The notes beneath the pieces were generated by a model. That model worked only from the letters and a program-made list of their open reading frames with translations. It searched no databases and was not told the DNA's origin. Both the position numbers and the translations under genes were made by a program. Of a stretch of DNA of 64,000 bases, positions 47,641 to 56,730 are shown piece after piece (positions within the stretch are counted from its first letter, which is position 1; the number at the start of each line of letters is the position of its first letter). Source of the DNA: an uncultured delta proteobacterium (GTDB lineage: Bacteria; Desulfobacterota; Desulfobacteria; Desulfobacterales; JAFDCJ01); assembly GCA_963769935.1 (NCBI GenBank), contig CAVYNY010000013.1, positions 320,001 through 384,000 of the forward strand, read 5' to 3'.

Positions 47641-49326
47641 ATGATCATAGGTTTGGATATCGGCGGCACGCACACCGATGTGGTCCTGCTGGACAAGGGC
47701 GGGCTTCTGCGGGAGATCAAGGTTCCCACCGATGCGACCGACCTGTTTCAATGCGTATTAGCGGGTTTATCGGCGATCACCGAGGACATTGACACTGCCG
47801 GGATAACCCGCATTGTCCTGAGCACCACCCTGGCCACCAATGCCATTGTTCAAAATCAACTCCCGCCGGTGGGGATGATTGTTTCCAGCGGCCCCGGCAT
47901 CGATCCTGAATTCTACCGCACAGGCTCCCACTATTTTACCGTCGCGGGTTCTATCGACCACCGGGGCCGGGAAATCGAACCCATCAATCCCGCTGAAATC
48001 AAATTCGCCGCCGAGCAGATGCAGAAAGACGGCATCCGCCAGGTCGGTGTCGTGGGAAAATTTTCCACCCGCAATCCTTCCCATGAACTGGCCATCAATT
48101 CGATCCTGCAGCCGTCTTTTGCAAAGGTTTTTATGGGCCACCGGACATCCGGCAATCTGAACTTCGGCCGCCGCATCGCGACCACGTATTTAAATGCCGC
48201 CGTGTACCCTTTGCACCAGGAGTTCTATCAGGCCGTGCAAAAATCCCTGGCCGCCAAAGGATTAAACCTGCCCCTGCGTCTTCTCAAGGCGGATGGCGGC
48301 AATATGAAATTTGAGTCTTCCATCGACTATCCGGCCCAGACGATTTTCTCCGGTCCGGCCGCCAGCGTGATGGGGGCGGTGGCCTTCGGCTCGGATAAAG
48401 AAGACACCCTGGTGATGGATATCGGAGGAACCACAACGGATCTGGCGGTTCTCATCGGCCGGGCGCCGGTTTTGAATCCGCTGGGGATAGAGCTGGCTTC
48501 CTACAAAACATTGATCCGTTCCCTTGAAACCCTTTCAATCGGACTGGGCGGCGACAGCGCGGTCAAACTTGCCGATGGAGCAATCTGCCTCGGCCCCGCG
48601 CGACGCGGACCGGCCATGGCCTACGGTGGGCCTTGTCCGACACCGACGGATGCGCTTTTCGTACTGGAGAATATCCCGGACGGCAGCCGCGAAAAGTCAA
48701 TTCAGGGCCTCAAGCCTCTGGCCGACCGGCTGGGACATTCTGTTGAATCTCTGGCTGCCGAAATCATGGATATCGCCTGCCAAAAAATATTCACAGCGAC
48801 CCGGCAATTGGTCCATCAGATCAACTCCAAACCGGTTTATACGGTCCATGAGCTTATGGAGGGCTATCAGGTGCGGCCAAAAAACGCTCTTGTACTGGGG
48901 GGGCCCGCGCCGTATTTTGCCAAGTATCTGGCAGCTATCTCGGAATACCGGGTCCGGGTGGTTCCCCGCTGGAAAGTGGCCAACGCCATCGGGGCGGCCC
49001 TGGCGAGAACCACCTGTGAAATCACCCTTTTCGCCGATACGGTGCGGCGAATGGCCGAGGCCCCGGAGGAAAATTTCAGACAGCGGATTGACTATTCGTT
49101 TGACAGGGAGGCCGCCGTCCAACAGGCCCTTGATCTGTTGAAGACCAAGGCCATTGCACGCGGCGCCAATATCGACTATCTGGAAATGGAGGTGGTTGAA
49201 AGCCTTGAGTTCAACATGGTGCGCGGCTTCAATACCACCGGCAAAAACATCCGGGTCAAAGCACAGGTCAAGCCGGGATTAATCCACGGATATGATGAGG
49301 CCATCCGAAAGTTATATGGGCCATGA
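47641..49326 (+). CDS. Hydantoinase A/oxoprolinase family protein
   Basis: GLDIGGTHTD, STTLATN, SGPAAS, DIGGTTTD, GLGGDS and ANAIGAA motifs. Confidence 0.9.
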   Translation: MIIGLDIGGTHTDVVLLDKGGLLREIKVPTDATDLFQCVLAGLSAITEDIDTAGITRIVLSTTLATNAIVQNQLPPVGMIVSSGPGIDPEFYRTGSHYFTVAGSIDHRGREIEPINPAEIKFAAEQMQKDGIRQVGVVGKFSTRNPSHELAINSILQPSFAKVFMGHRTSGNLNFGRRIATTYLNAAVYPLHQEFYQAVQKSLAAKGLNLPLRLLKADGGNMKFESSIDYPAQTIFSGPAASVMGAVAFGSDKEDTLVMDIGGTTTDLAVLIGRAPVLNPLGIELASYKTLIRSLETLSIGLGGDSAVKLADGAICLGPARRGPAMAYGGPCPTPTDALFVLENIPDGSREKSIQGLKPLADRLGHSVESLAAEIMDIACQKIFTATRQLVHQINSKPVYTVHELMEGYQVRPKNALVLGGPAPYFAKYLAAISEYRVRVVPRWKVANAIGAALARTTCEITLFADTVRRMAEAPEENFRQRIDYSFDREAAVQQALDLLKTKAIARGANIDYLEMEVVESLEFNMVRGFNTTGKNIRVKAQVKPGLIHGYDEAIRKLYGP

Positions 49327-49361
49327 AGCCAGGATATTCGGACACTAAGATGCAATCAACG

Positions 49362-49437
49362 GAGTGTTGGAGTATTGGCCGGCGGTATTGAGGTCCATAT
49401 TTTATTACTCCAATACTCCATTACTCGAGCACTCCAA
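49362..49437. repeat. Inverted octamer arrays (GGAGTATT / AATACTCC)
   Basis: ggagtgtt ggagtatt ... attactcc aatactcc attactcg agcactcc. Confidence 0.6.
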
Positions 49438-49502
49438 GACCGAGACTTTCAATGATTGCCGGCAAAATTAGAATTGCACCAGCTAGTTAAGAGGAACTGA
49501 CC

Positions 49503-50837
49503 ATGTTACACGCCAAGCACAAAACCGGACTCGTTTTTTTTCCGGCTTTCGACTGGGCCATCAGTCCCACCCATCCCGAAAGAGAAGAGCGGCTGCTCTA
49601 CACCCAGGATCAGATATTCGAAGAAGGGCTTTTTGATATCGAAGGCATTACGGAGCTCAAACCGGATCCGGTCCTTTTACAAGATATCCAGCGCGTTCAT
49701 TTCTGTGTGCCGGATGTGTGGCGGGTGACGACTGAATCACATTTTATCAGCGCCGGCGGGGCGAAGACCATCGGCATGGCGGTTCTCGACGGACAGATCG
49801 AAAAAGGTTTTGCCCTTGTCCGGCCGCCGGGGCATCACGCCATGCGCATCGTGCACGGCGCCAGGGGATTTTGCAATATCAACATTGAAGCCGTCATGAT
49901 CGAATACCTGCGCCGGGCTTATGCCATCCGCAAGGTAGCCATCGTGGATACGGATTGCCACCACGGCGACGGCACCCAGGACATCTACTGGCATGACCCG
50001 GACACGCTATTTATTTCGCTTCACCAGGACGGGCGGACCCTGTATCCCGGATCCGGCTTTCCAAATGAACTGGGCGGAATCAATGCGGTGGGCAAAACCC
50101 TGAATATTCCCCTGCCGCCGTACACATCCGACGAGGGATATTTATATGCCGTCGAGCACATTGTCATGCCGATTCTGGCCGAGTTTGAACCGGATATCAT
50201 CATCAACTCAGCCGGCCAGGATAACCATTATACGGATCCCATCACCAACATGAATTTCTCAGCCCAGGGATACGCCCGCATGACCGAGATCTTAAACCCC
50301 GATGTTGCCGTCCTGGAGGGTGGTTATTCCATCGAGGGTGCGCTGCCGTATGTCAACGTCGGAATCGTTCTTGCCATGGCCGGCGTCGACTTCAGCAAGG
50401 TAAAGGAACCCAATTACGATCCGGACAGGTTTCGGCAGACACCGGACGTGACCGATGGCATCGAAAAAATCGGTGAAACCGTCCTCACCATCTGGCAGCA
50501 AAGGGCCGGCATACGGGATCAGCTCATGCAAAAGACTGATCCCAGGCAGCGAACGCGCAACATTTTTTATGATACCGATGGAATCCGTGAATCTCAAAAC
50601 GAACAGATCCGGATCTGTCAGGATTGCGGCGGCGCGCTGCGCATTGAATCGTCCTCGGACCGCGGTTTCCACATCCTGGCCGTTCACATTCCCCGCAACG
50701 CCTGCGGCAACTGCCGGGAAACGGGCTATGAATGGTACGATCGGGCGGATACCGATCAATTTGATATGATTTTCCTGCAGGACCGACCCGAAGACCGCTA
50801 TCATGTGAAAGGCACAGGGCCGGATAGTAAAATTTAA
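49503..50837 (+). CDS. Histone deacetylase family protein with a C-terminal Cys4 extension
   Basis: HPERE, RPPGHHA, GFC, DTDCHHGDGTQ, SAGQD and LEGGY motifs; C-terminal CQDC...CGNC. Confidence 0.9.
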   Translation: MLHAKHKTGLVFFPAFDWAISPTHPEREERLLYTQDQIFEEGLFDIEGITELKPDPVLLQDIQRVHFCVPDVWRVTTESHFISAGGAKTIGMAVLDGQIEKGFALVRPPGHHAMRIVHGARGFCNINIEAVMIEYLRRAYAIRKVAIVDTDCHHGDGTQDIYWHDPDTLFISLHQDGRTLYPGSGFPNELGGINAVGKTLNIPLPPYTSDEGYLYAVEHIVMPILAEFEPDIIINSAGQDNHYTDPITNMNFSAQGYARMTEILNPDVAVLEGGYSIEGALPYVNVGIVLAMAGVDFSKVKEPNYDPDRFRQTPDVTDGIEKIGETVLTIWQQRAGIRDQLMQKTDPRQRTRNIFYDTDGIRESQNEQIRICQDCGGALRIESSSDRGFHILAVHIPRNACGNCRETGYEWYDRADTDQFDMIFLQDRPEDRYHVKGTGPDSKI

Positions 50838-51012
50838 CGGATATTTAACTGAAAAGAAGGCAATCCAGGCAGATAGCTTTCAATTTTACTTGCCTTAGGA
50901 TTGCTGAACCGATTGCCAAGACCGATGGAGTCCCGTTTGGAATTTTGTATTTTGATCATTGTTATTTGGAATTTGTTATTTTTCGTCCCTGAATGCCGGT
51001 CCCAAGCCGCTT

Positions 51013-51933
51013 ATGAACAAGTATAGACAGACTGACATACGCCATAACCTCCTGTTGCGTTCTCAAATCATTAAGGCGGTTCGCAGCTTTTTTATGGATC
51101 GCGACTACCTGGAGGTCGAGACTCCCATTCGCATTCCCGCACCGGCACCCGAAGCGCATATCGACGCCGTCGCAAGCGGGGATTGGTTTCTGCAAACCTC
51201 ACCGGAACTGTGCATGAAACAACTGCTGGCCGCCGGATTTCCCCGCATTTTTCAAATCTGCAAGTGCTTCCGGCACCGGGAAAGAGGCCGCAAACACCTG
51301 CCTGAGCTCACTATGCTGGAGTGGTACCGTGCCGGCGGGAATTACCTCCATTTGATGGAAGACTGCGAAGAACTTCTCATTTTTATTGCCCACCAACTGG
51401 GCAGGAAGGGAAAACTCAGTTACCGCAATCGTCAAATCGAACTGGCAAGACCGTGGTTGCGCCTGTCGGTGGCAAATGCATTTCAGAAATATGGTTCGGT
51501 ATCCATGGATGAAGCCCTGGCCGCCGGCAGCTTTGATGAGGTAATGGCCTTTGAAATAGAGCCGCACCTGGGCGCTCCCGTCCCGGTATTCTTGTGTGAC
51601 TACCCGGCGCCGCAGGGCGCACTGGCCCGCCTAAAGCCGCGCGACTCGCAGCTGGCTGAACGATTCGAGTTGTATGTGGCAGGTCTTGAGCTATGCAACG
51701 GCTTCAGCGAGTTGACCGATACCGCCGAACAACGTCGGCGCTTTGAAAAAGAACAACATTTGCGCCGTTCCTTGAATAAAACGAATTACCCGATGCCGCA
51801 CCAGTTTTTAGCAGCACTCTCCGATATGTCCGAAGCCGCCGGCAATGCGTTGGGGATCGACCGTCTGGTGATGCTGTTTGCAGACGCCGATAAAATCGAC
51901 GATGTGGTTGCCTTCACGCCGGAGGAGCTTTGA
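51013..51933 (+). CDS. epmA: EF-P lysine aminoacylase
   Basis: Class II LysRS catalytic domain only: EVETP, LQTSPELCMK, H.PELTMLEWY, ERFELY, ELCNGFSEL and ALGIDRL. Confidence 0.9.
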   Translation: MNKYRQTDIRHNLLLRSQIIKAVRSFFMDRDYLEVETPIRIPAPAPEAHIDAVASGDWFLQTSPELCMKQLLAAGFPRIFQICKCFRHRERGRKHLPELTMLEWYRAGGNYLHLMEDCEELLIFIAHQLGRKGKLSYRNRQIELARPWLRLSVANAFQKYGSVSMDEALAAGSFDEVMAFEIEPHLGAPVPVFLCDYPAPQGALARLKPRDSQLAERFELYVAGLELCNGFSELTDTAEQRRRFEKEQHLRRSLNKTNYPMPHQFLAALSDMSEAAGNALGIDRLVMLFADADKIDDVVAFTPEEL

Positions 51934-52001
51934 CTGGCGGCTGGATGCTCGATACTGAAAGTAGAAAGAATCCCTCGTCTCGCGCCAGGGCGGGCTGAAA
52001 C

Positions 52002-52706
52002 CTAATTTTTCTCATCCTCCGGCTGTCCTCCGTTATCTGTCTTCTGTTCTCCGTCATCTGGCCTCTGTCCTCCGTCCTCTGTCGTCTGTCCTCCGTCTTC
52101 CGGCAGCTGGCCACCGTCACCTGCCTTCTGAATTATTCGCTCCAGCACCTTTATTTTGACTTTGTCTTTGGTGTCCGCCAGCTTGGCTTTCGGCCCGGCG
52201 AGTTTATCCTTGACGTCTTTCTGGTATTTGTCCACCGCTGCATAGGACAGATAATAGCTGATAACGGCTAAAGGCAAACCGATAATCGCGCCGCCCACCG
52301 TCATGGCCTCAAACGCCTGGGGCGCTTTTTGAAGCATGGCCTTGAGCGTACTCCAAGTGGGGCTCAACGGCATATTGAACACTGGATCCAGGCTCAAAAA
52401 TTTGGCACCGGTGATATAGGCAACGCCATAAATTATGGGGGCGGTCAGCGGATTTGAAATCCAGACACCGATGGCGGCTGAAAGTTTGCTCCACTTAAAG
52501 AGGGCCGCAATAAAGACGGCAATCGGCGTCTGCACGCCGATGGTCGGGGTCATTCCGACAAAAACACCCAGCGCAAAACCAAGGGCAACCTCCCTGGGTT
52601 CGCCCCTGATCTGTATAAATCTTTTATAGACCCTGCGAATAATGTCGAGCAGGCTTTCCTTCTGACCTTGCTTTATTTCTATTTTCCGATTCGACCTGTT
52701 GACCAA
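52002..52706 (-). CDS. DUF2062 family membrane protein with a repeat-derived C-terminal tail
   Basis: PREVALGFALGVFVG..P and W.SNPLT motifs. Confidence 0.8.
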   Translation of the reverse strand: MVNRSNRKIEIKQGQKESLLDIIRRVYKRFIQIRGEPREVALGFALGVFVGMTPTIGVQTPIAVFIAALFKWSKLSAAIGVWISNPLTAPIIYGVAYITGAKFLSLDPVFNMPLSPTWSTLKAMLQKAPQAFEAMTVGGAIIGLPLAVISYYLSYAAVDKYQKDVKDKLAGPKAKLADTKDKVKIKVLERIIQKAGDGGQLPEDGGQTTEDGGQRPDDGEQKTDNGGQPEDEKN

Positions 52707-52822
52707 ACATTTTCTCCGTAAAACAAAACATCAGCAATTAGGCAGCCGGGCCAAATGAGCCAGGTCTTGCAGGGTTGAGCAAAGATTCCTGGCCCAGAGG
52801 CCAGGCATTGATTTCGCCCCAG

Positions 52823-52858
52823 CTTCCGGCTCGTAGAGCCTACAGCGCGGAGAGAGGG
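52823..52858 (+). mobile_element. Second copy of the 36-bp micro-element
   Basis: CTTCCGGCTCGTAGAGCCTACAGCGCGGAGAGAGGG, again preceded by CCCAG. Confidence 0.7.
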
Positions 52859-53093
52859 GTTGTTTTTAGCCGTCAGATAACCCATGGAATATGTTTACGG
52901 CACAGCCAATCTTCTCTGACCTGGCCCAGTGGACCAGGTTTTCAATGCTATGATAAATTCGCACCGAAGCTCTTTAGATATCATTTTTCCATGGTATTTA
53001 AAACTCAAATCCGAATCCGACCTTAGATTTCAGCTCGGGCGCCTGCCAAAACAACGGCTGGTCTGATCAAAAAAAACTTTGGTCATGAGCTGA

Positions 53094-53149
53094 CGTAGGG
53101 TCGGCCTCTGCGCCGACCCATATCGGCGGGCACGGAGACCCGCCCTACG
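53094..53149. repeat. GTAG-family REP doublet (REPIN-like)
   Basis: CGTAGGGTCGGC-CTCTGC-GCCGACCC followed by inverted GGCGGGCACGGAGACCCGCC-CTACG. Confidence 0.75.
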
Positions 53150-53236
53150 TAAGCGGTCGGAATAAACCAAGTCTCATATGAGTGAATCCAGGCGATTATC
53201 CATTTCCAGTTTATTCAGGGTATTGGGGACGCAACC

Positions 53237-56200
53237 CTATTTATCCATGACCACTCGAACCTCCAACGGTCCGATCTGATCAAGGTGCACATCGCGCTGC
53301 GGGAAGGAAATGCTGACACCGGCCCGCCGGAATTCCTGGTCAACGGTCTGGTTCAGTTTGTGCAGCATCGGCAACCAGTCATTGATGCCGTTGATGAAGA
53401 CCCGCAATTCGAAATTAAGGCTGTTGTCGCCAAAGCTGAGAAACACAGCCTGCGGTTCCGGGTTCCCAAGGACCAATGAATTGGCTTCAGCGGCCTTGAG
53501 CATCAATTTTTCCGCCAGGACGGTATCGGAACCATAAGCGATGCCGATTGGAATTCGGATGCGGATAATATTGTCCGAAAGGGACCAGTTGATCAATCTG
53601 CCGGTGATGAATTCCTTGTTGGGAACGATGAGTTCCTTGCGGTCCCAATCCAGGACGGTTGTCGCCCGAATTCGAATCCGGGTGACGGTGCCGCTGACAT
53701 CCGCGATGGTGACCGTATCTCCGATGCGAAACGGCCGTTCAAAGAGGACAATCAGACCGCAGATGAAATTGGCAACAACCTCCTGCAGGCCAAAGCCGAC
53801 GCCGACGCCCAGGGCGGCAATCAGCCACTGGATACTGGACCATTTAATGCCGATAGCTGTGAATGCGGCCACAATCCCGATAGCGGTAATCGCGTAGTTA
53901 AATATCGTGGAAATTGCATACCGCAACCCGGCATCCATCGGAAACCAGTTCAGCAGGATGATCTCCAACAGGCTGGGCAGATTTTTGGCGGCAACCACGG
54001 TGACGATGACGACAATGACGGCGATCATCAGATCGGCCAGCGTAATCGGCACCATGGTGCGGACGCCGTCTGCCTCACTGCTGTAGCTCCAGAGTTGTAT
54101 TTTCTCTAAAAAGTTCAGCGCCGGCAGTACATTCGCCCAAATCAGCCAAAGCCCGACCAGCGCTGAAAAGAACAGCAGGGTTCGCAGCAAGGCTCTGTTT
54201 TTCTCATAAATTTCATCAAAATTAATTTCCGGCTCCTCGATACCGACGCCTTCACCTTCACCGGCGCTCGCTTGCCCTTCTTTTTCCTGTTTCTCGGCCT
54301 GGGCCTCTGATTTGCGCCTGATTTCCTCGAAGGCCAGCCGGCGCTGGGTGATAAAAAACCAGCGCAGCACAAGATCCTTCACAATAATGAGACCGAGCAA
54401 CAGGGCGATGGTTTCGCCCAATCGCAGGTACAGGGCAAAGGCCGAATAATAGTAGCCCATCACCGCCAGCACCGCCAGTACCAGAGGAACCCCCACGGCC
54501 AGCGGATACCAGATAAACCTCGACCGTACCAGCCAGCCTTCACGACGGCTGCGGGTTAACATCGAAAAAATCTCTCCCGAAAAGCGCAGCATGTAAGCGG
54601 CCCACAGGGAAAATCCCGCCATGAGTACGGTCAGCGCCAGCCGTCCCAGCGAATCCGTATAGTCGGTATCGTTTTTGGTTTGAACGGTGGCGATGATAAA
54701 GCTCATGGCCGTCAACAACGGGATAAACCACTGCAGGCTGAACCGCAAAGCGCGCCTCACGCTCTCCGGCCACTTGAAATGCACTTTGGCAACGCCTGCC
54801 TTCCAGCAAAACTCATACATGAACAGCGCACCGATCACCGTCCGGCCGGCGAAAATGAGACCGTTGCCCACAGCCTGCGTGAAATCCTGCAGCAGCGGCA
54901 AATTCACCAGCTGCCAGCCTGTAAATATCATCAGCAGCGGCCAGCCGAAGGCCACCCGGCCGGTGAGCGCCAGGGCCCGCAATGTCAGACTGAAGGAATC
55001 GGATTTTACGGAGTAGACGCCGCGGGCGACCTGCGACAAGTGCTGGTGGGCCCGCCGCCTCAGGCCCATAAAAGCAAGAGAGGCCAGCAGTGCCAGCATC
55101 CACAGGAAGGGATTGTCCATAAGGGACTGCTGCAAATCCTGCACGGCCAGCCACCAGTTGAACGGACTTAAAAGCCATTGCAGCGCTGCGAGCAAATTGC
55201 GCAGGTCCTGCAGGCCGACACTCTTGGCACTGCGAATCCACAGCAGATGTTCATCCAGAAAACGGGCTTCTTCCTGGGCTTTGACGGCAACCTGCTGCTC
55301 AACAAACTCGAGACTCTGCAGGTTTTTAAATAAGCGCTGGTATTCGGCCTGCAATTTTTTCAACAATTCGCGCCGATCATTGAGCAGACGGCGCAGTTCG
55401 GTTTTCAGTGCTTCGATGTCCGCACCCGGCGGGAGGCTTTCGCTCTGTAAAATGCGATTCATTGCCTGCTCCGGGTCCGCCAGTTCCCGGCGCTGCCGGT
55501 CAAGATCAACTTGAACCGAACGGATTTCACCCATTTGCACCTGGCGCCGATCCGAATCCCGGCGAAAGCTCTCCACACTCGGCAGCCCCCGGCGCTGTTC
55601 GCGCAAAGCGAGTCCTATGGCTTCGGTGTGCATGGGGTATTTAACCTGCTCCTGCGCCAGGGCGAATTCCTCTTCGATTTGCTTCAACTGGTCCTGTTTG
55701 AGCTTCAGTCTGTCAACGACTTCGGCTTCATCGGCAATGACCTTTTCAAGCATCTTGCCCAGTTCGATATTAATATCAAATTGCTTTTGAATGACCGGCG
55801 GCATGCCTACCGCAGTATTTTTGGCCTGCTCGGCAACCTCGCGCTCCTGCTTGGCTGCCAGTTCGCGAGTCCGTTGAACCTCGGCCTGCCAATTTTTAAC
55901 CAGGGCTTCCTGCCGGACAACCTCACGGGCTGCCAGGTCGTGTTCCGCCGAAACAAGGGCCGTCAGGATGTCGTTGTTGGCAAGCCGGCTTTCAAAGGTA
56001 TTGATTTTCGCCGTGATTTGGGACTGTTCGGCCGACAGCGCAACCTGCCGGGTCTTGGCCACCGGCGGCACCTCAGCGGGCCCCGGACCCGCTTTCAATT
56101 CCCCGGATATTTCCTGCAGCCGCTTCCGGTCATTGGCTATTTCCGGCTGCAAATTGGCGGGCTGGTTCTTTAAGGCATTCAACTGGTCGGTCAACTTCTT

Positions 56201-56674
56201 TAGATTGTCGGCGGCACTGGATAAATCCGCCTCCATTTTTCTCAGGCGCTGTTCGAGTTGGTCGGGTTTCAATTTGGCGGCGGCCGCAGCAACATCTTCC
56301 GGCGGCGGCAGGGATCGATCCAGCTCGGCTTCGATGGCCTTGATGCGCTCGGGGGCAGCCTTCACCCGTTGTCTGATATCCTCGGCTTCCTGTCTGAACT
56401 GCTCTTCTCTCTCGCGGAAGATGATCGCGCGATCCAGATAACTCAAAACGTTTTTTTTAACATCGTCTGCCAGATCTCCTGCATTTTCAGCGGCGGACCG
56501 CCACTTTTTCAGCTCATCCAGGCTGATACCGCCGGACGCCCCGGCTTCGATCCCGGAATTGCCGGTTCCGGCAGCGGTTTGAATCTGCTTTTGTGAATAT
56601 GCGCTTTGCGGGAGTGCTGCGACAAAAACGAACACAAGTACGGCCGCCGCCAATTTCAGATATGACTTAACCAT
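53237..56674 (-). CDS. mscK: Large MscS-family mechanosensitive channel (MscK/KefA-like)
   Basis: Signal peptide, long periplasmic coiled coil, multiple TM segments, GVGFGLQEVVANF, ERPFRIGD and FPQRDVH. Confidence 0.85.
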   Translation of the reverse strand: MVKSYLKLAAAVLVFVFVAALPQSAYSQKQIQTAAGTGNSGIEAGASGGISLDELKKWRSAAENAGDLADDVKKNVLSYLDRAIIFREREEQFRQEAEDIRQRVKAAPERIKAIEAELDRSLPPPEDVAAAAAKLKPDQLEQRLRKMEADLSSAADNLKKLTDQLNALKNQPANLQPEIANDRKRLQEISGELKAGPGPAEVPPVAKTRQVALSAEQSQITAKINTFESRLANNDILTALVSAEHDLAAREVVRQEALVKNWQAEVQRTRELAAKQEREVAEQAKNTAVGMPPVIQKQFDINIELGKMLEKVIADEAEVVDRLKLKQDQLKQIEEEFALAQEQVKYPMHTEAIGLALREQRRGLPSVESFRRDSDRRQVQMGEIRSVQVDLDRQRRELADPEQAMNRILQSESLPPGADIEALKTELRRLLNDRRELLKKLQAEYQRLFKNLQSLEFVEQQVAVKAQEEARFLDEHLLWIRSAKSVGLQDLRNLLAALQWLLSPFNWWLAVQDLQQSLMDNPFLWMLALLASLAFMGLRRRAHQHLSQVARGVYSVKSDSFSLTLRALALTGRVAFGWPLLMIFTGWQLVNLPLLQDFTQAVGNGLIFAGRTVIGALFMYEFCWKAGVAKVHFKWPESVRRALRFSLQWFIPLLTAMSFIIATVQTKNDTDYTDSLGRLALTVLMAGFSLWAAYMLRFSGEIFSMLTRSRREGWLVRSRFIWYPLAVGVPLVLAVLAVMGYYYSAFALYLRLGETIALLLGLIIVKDLVLRWFFITQRRLAFEEIRRKSEAQAEKQEKEGQASAGEGEGVGIEEPEINFDEIYEKNRALLRTLLFFSALVGLWLIWANVLPALNFLEKIQLWSYSSEADGVRTMVPITLADLMIAVIVVIVTVVAAKNLPSLLEIILLNWFPMDAGLRYAISTIFNYAITAIGIVAAFTAIGIKWSSIQWLIAALGVGVGFGLQEVVANFICGLIVLFERPFRIGDTVTIADVSGTVTRIRIRATTVLDWDRKELIVPNKEFITGRLINWSLSDNIIRIRIPIGIAYGSDTVLAEKLMLKAAEANSLVLGNPEPQAVFLSFGDNSLNFELRVFINGINDWLPMLHKLNQTVDQEFRRAGVSISFPQRDVHLDQIGPLEVRVVMDK

Positions 56675-56730
56675 TCCACGCCTTCCGGATCTTTCAGCTA
56701 TACGATTGATAATTATCTGCATCCTGTGGT

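Noticed and set aside
51013..51933. epmA as part of a novel modification system with the HDAC
   Set aside because: EpmA has an established EF-P role and efp/epmB may lie elsewhere; adjacency alone is insufficient.
943..53180. Short repeat arrays as CRISPR
   Set aside because: Units are 7-9 bp tandem or isolated palindromes with no repeat-spacer periodicity, and there are no cas genes.
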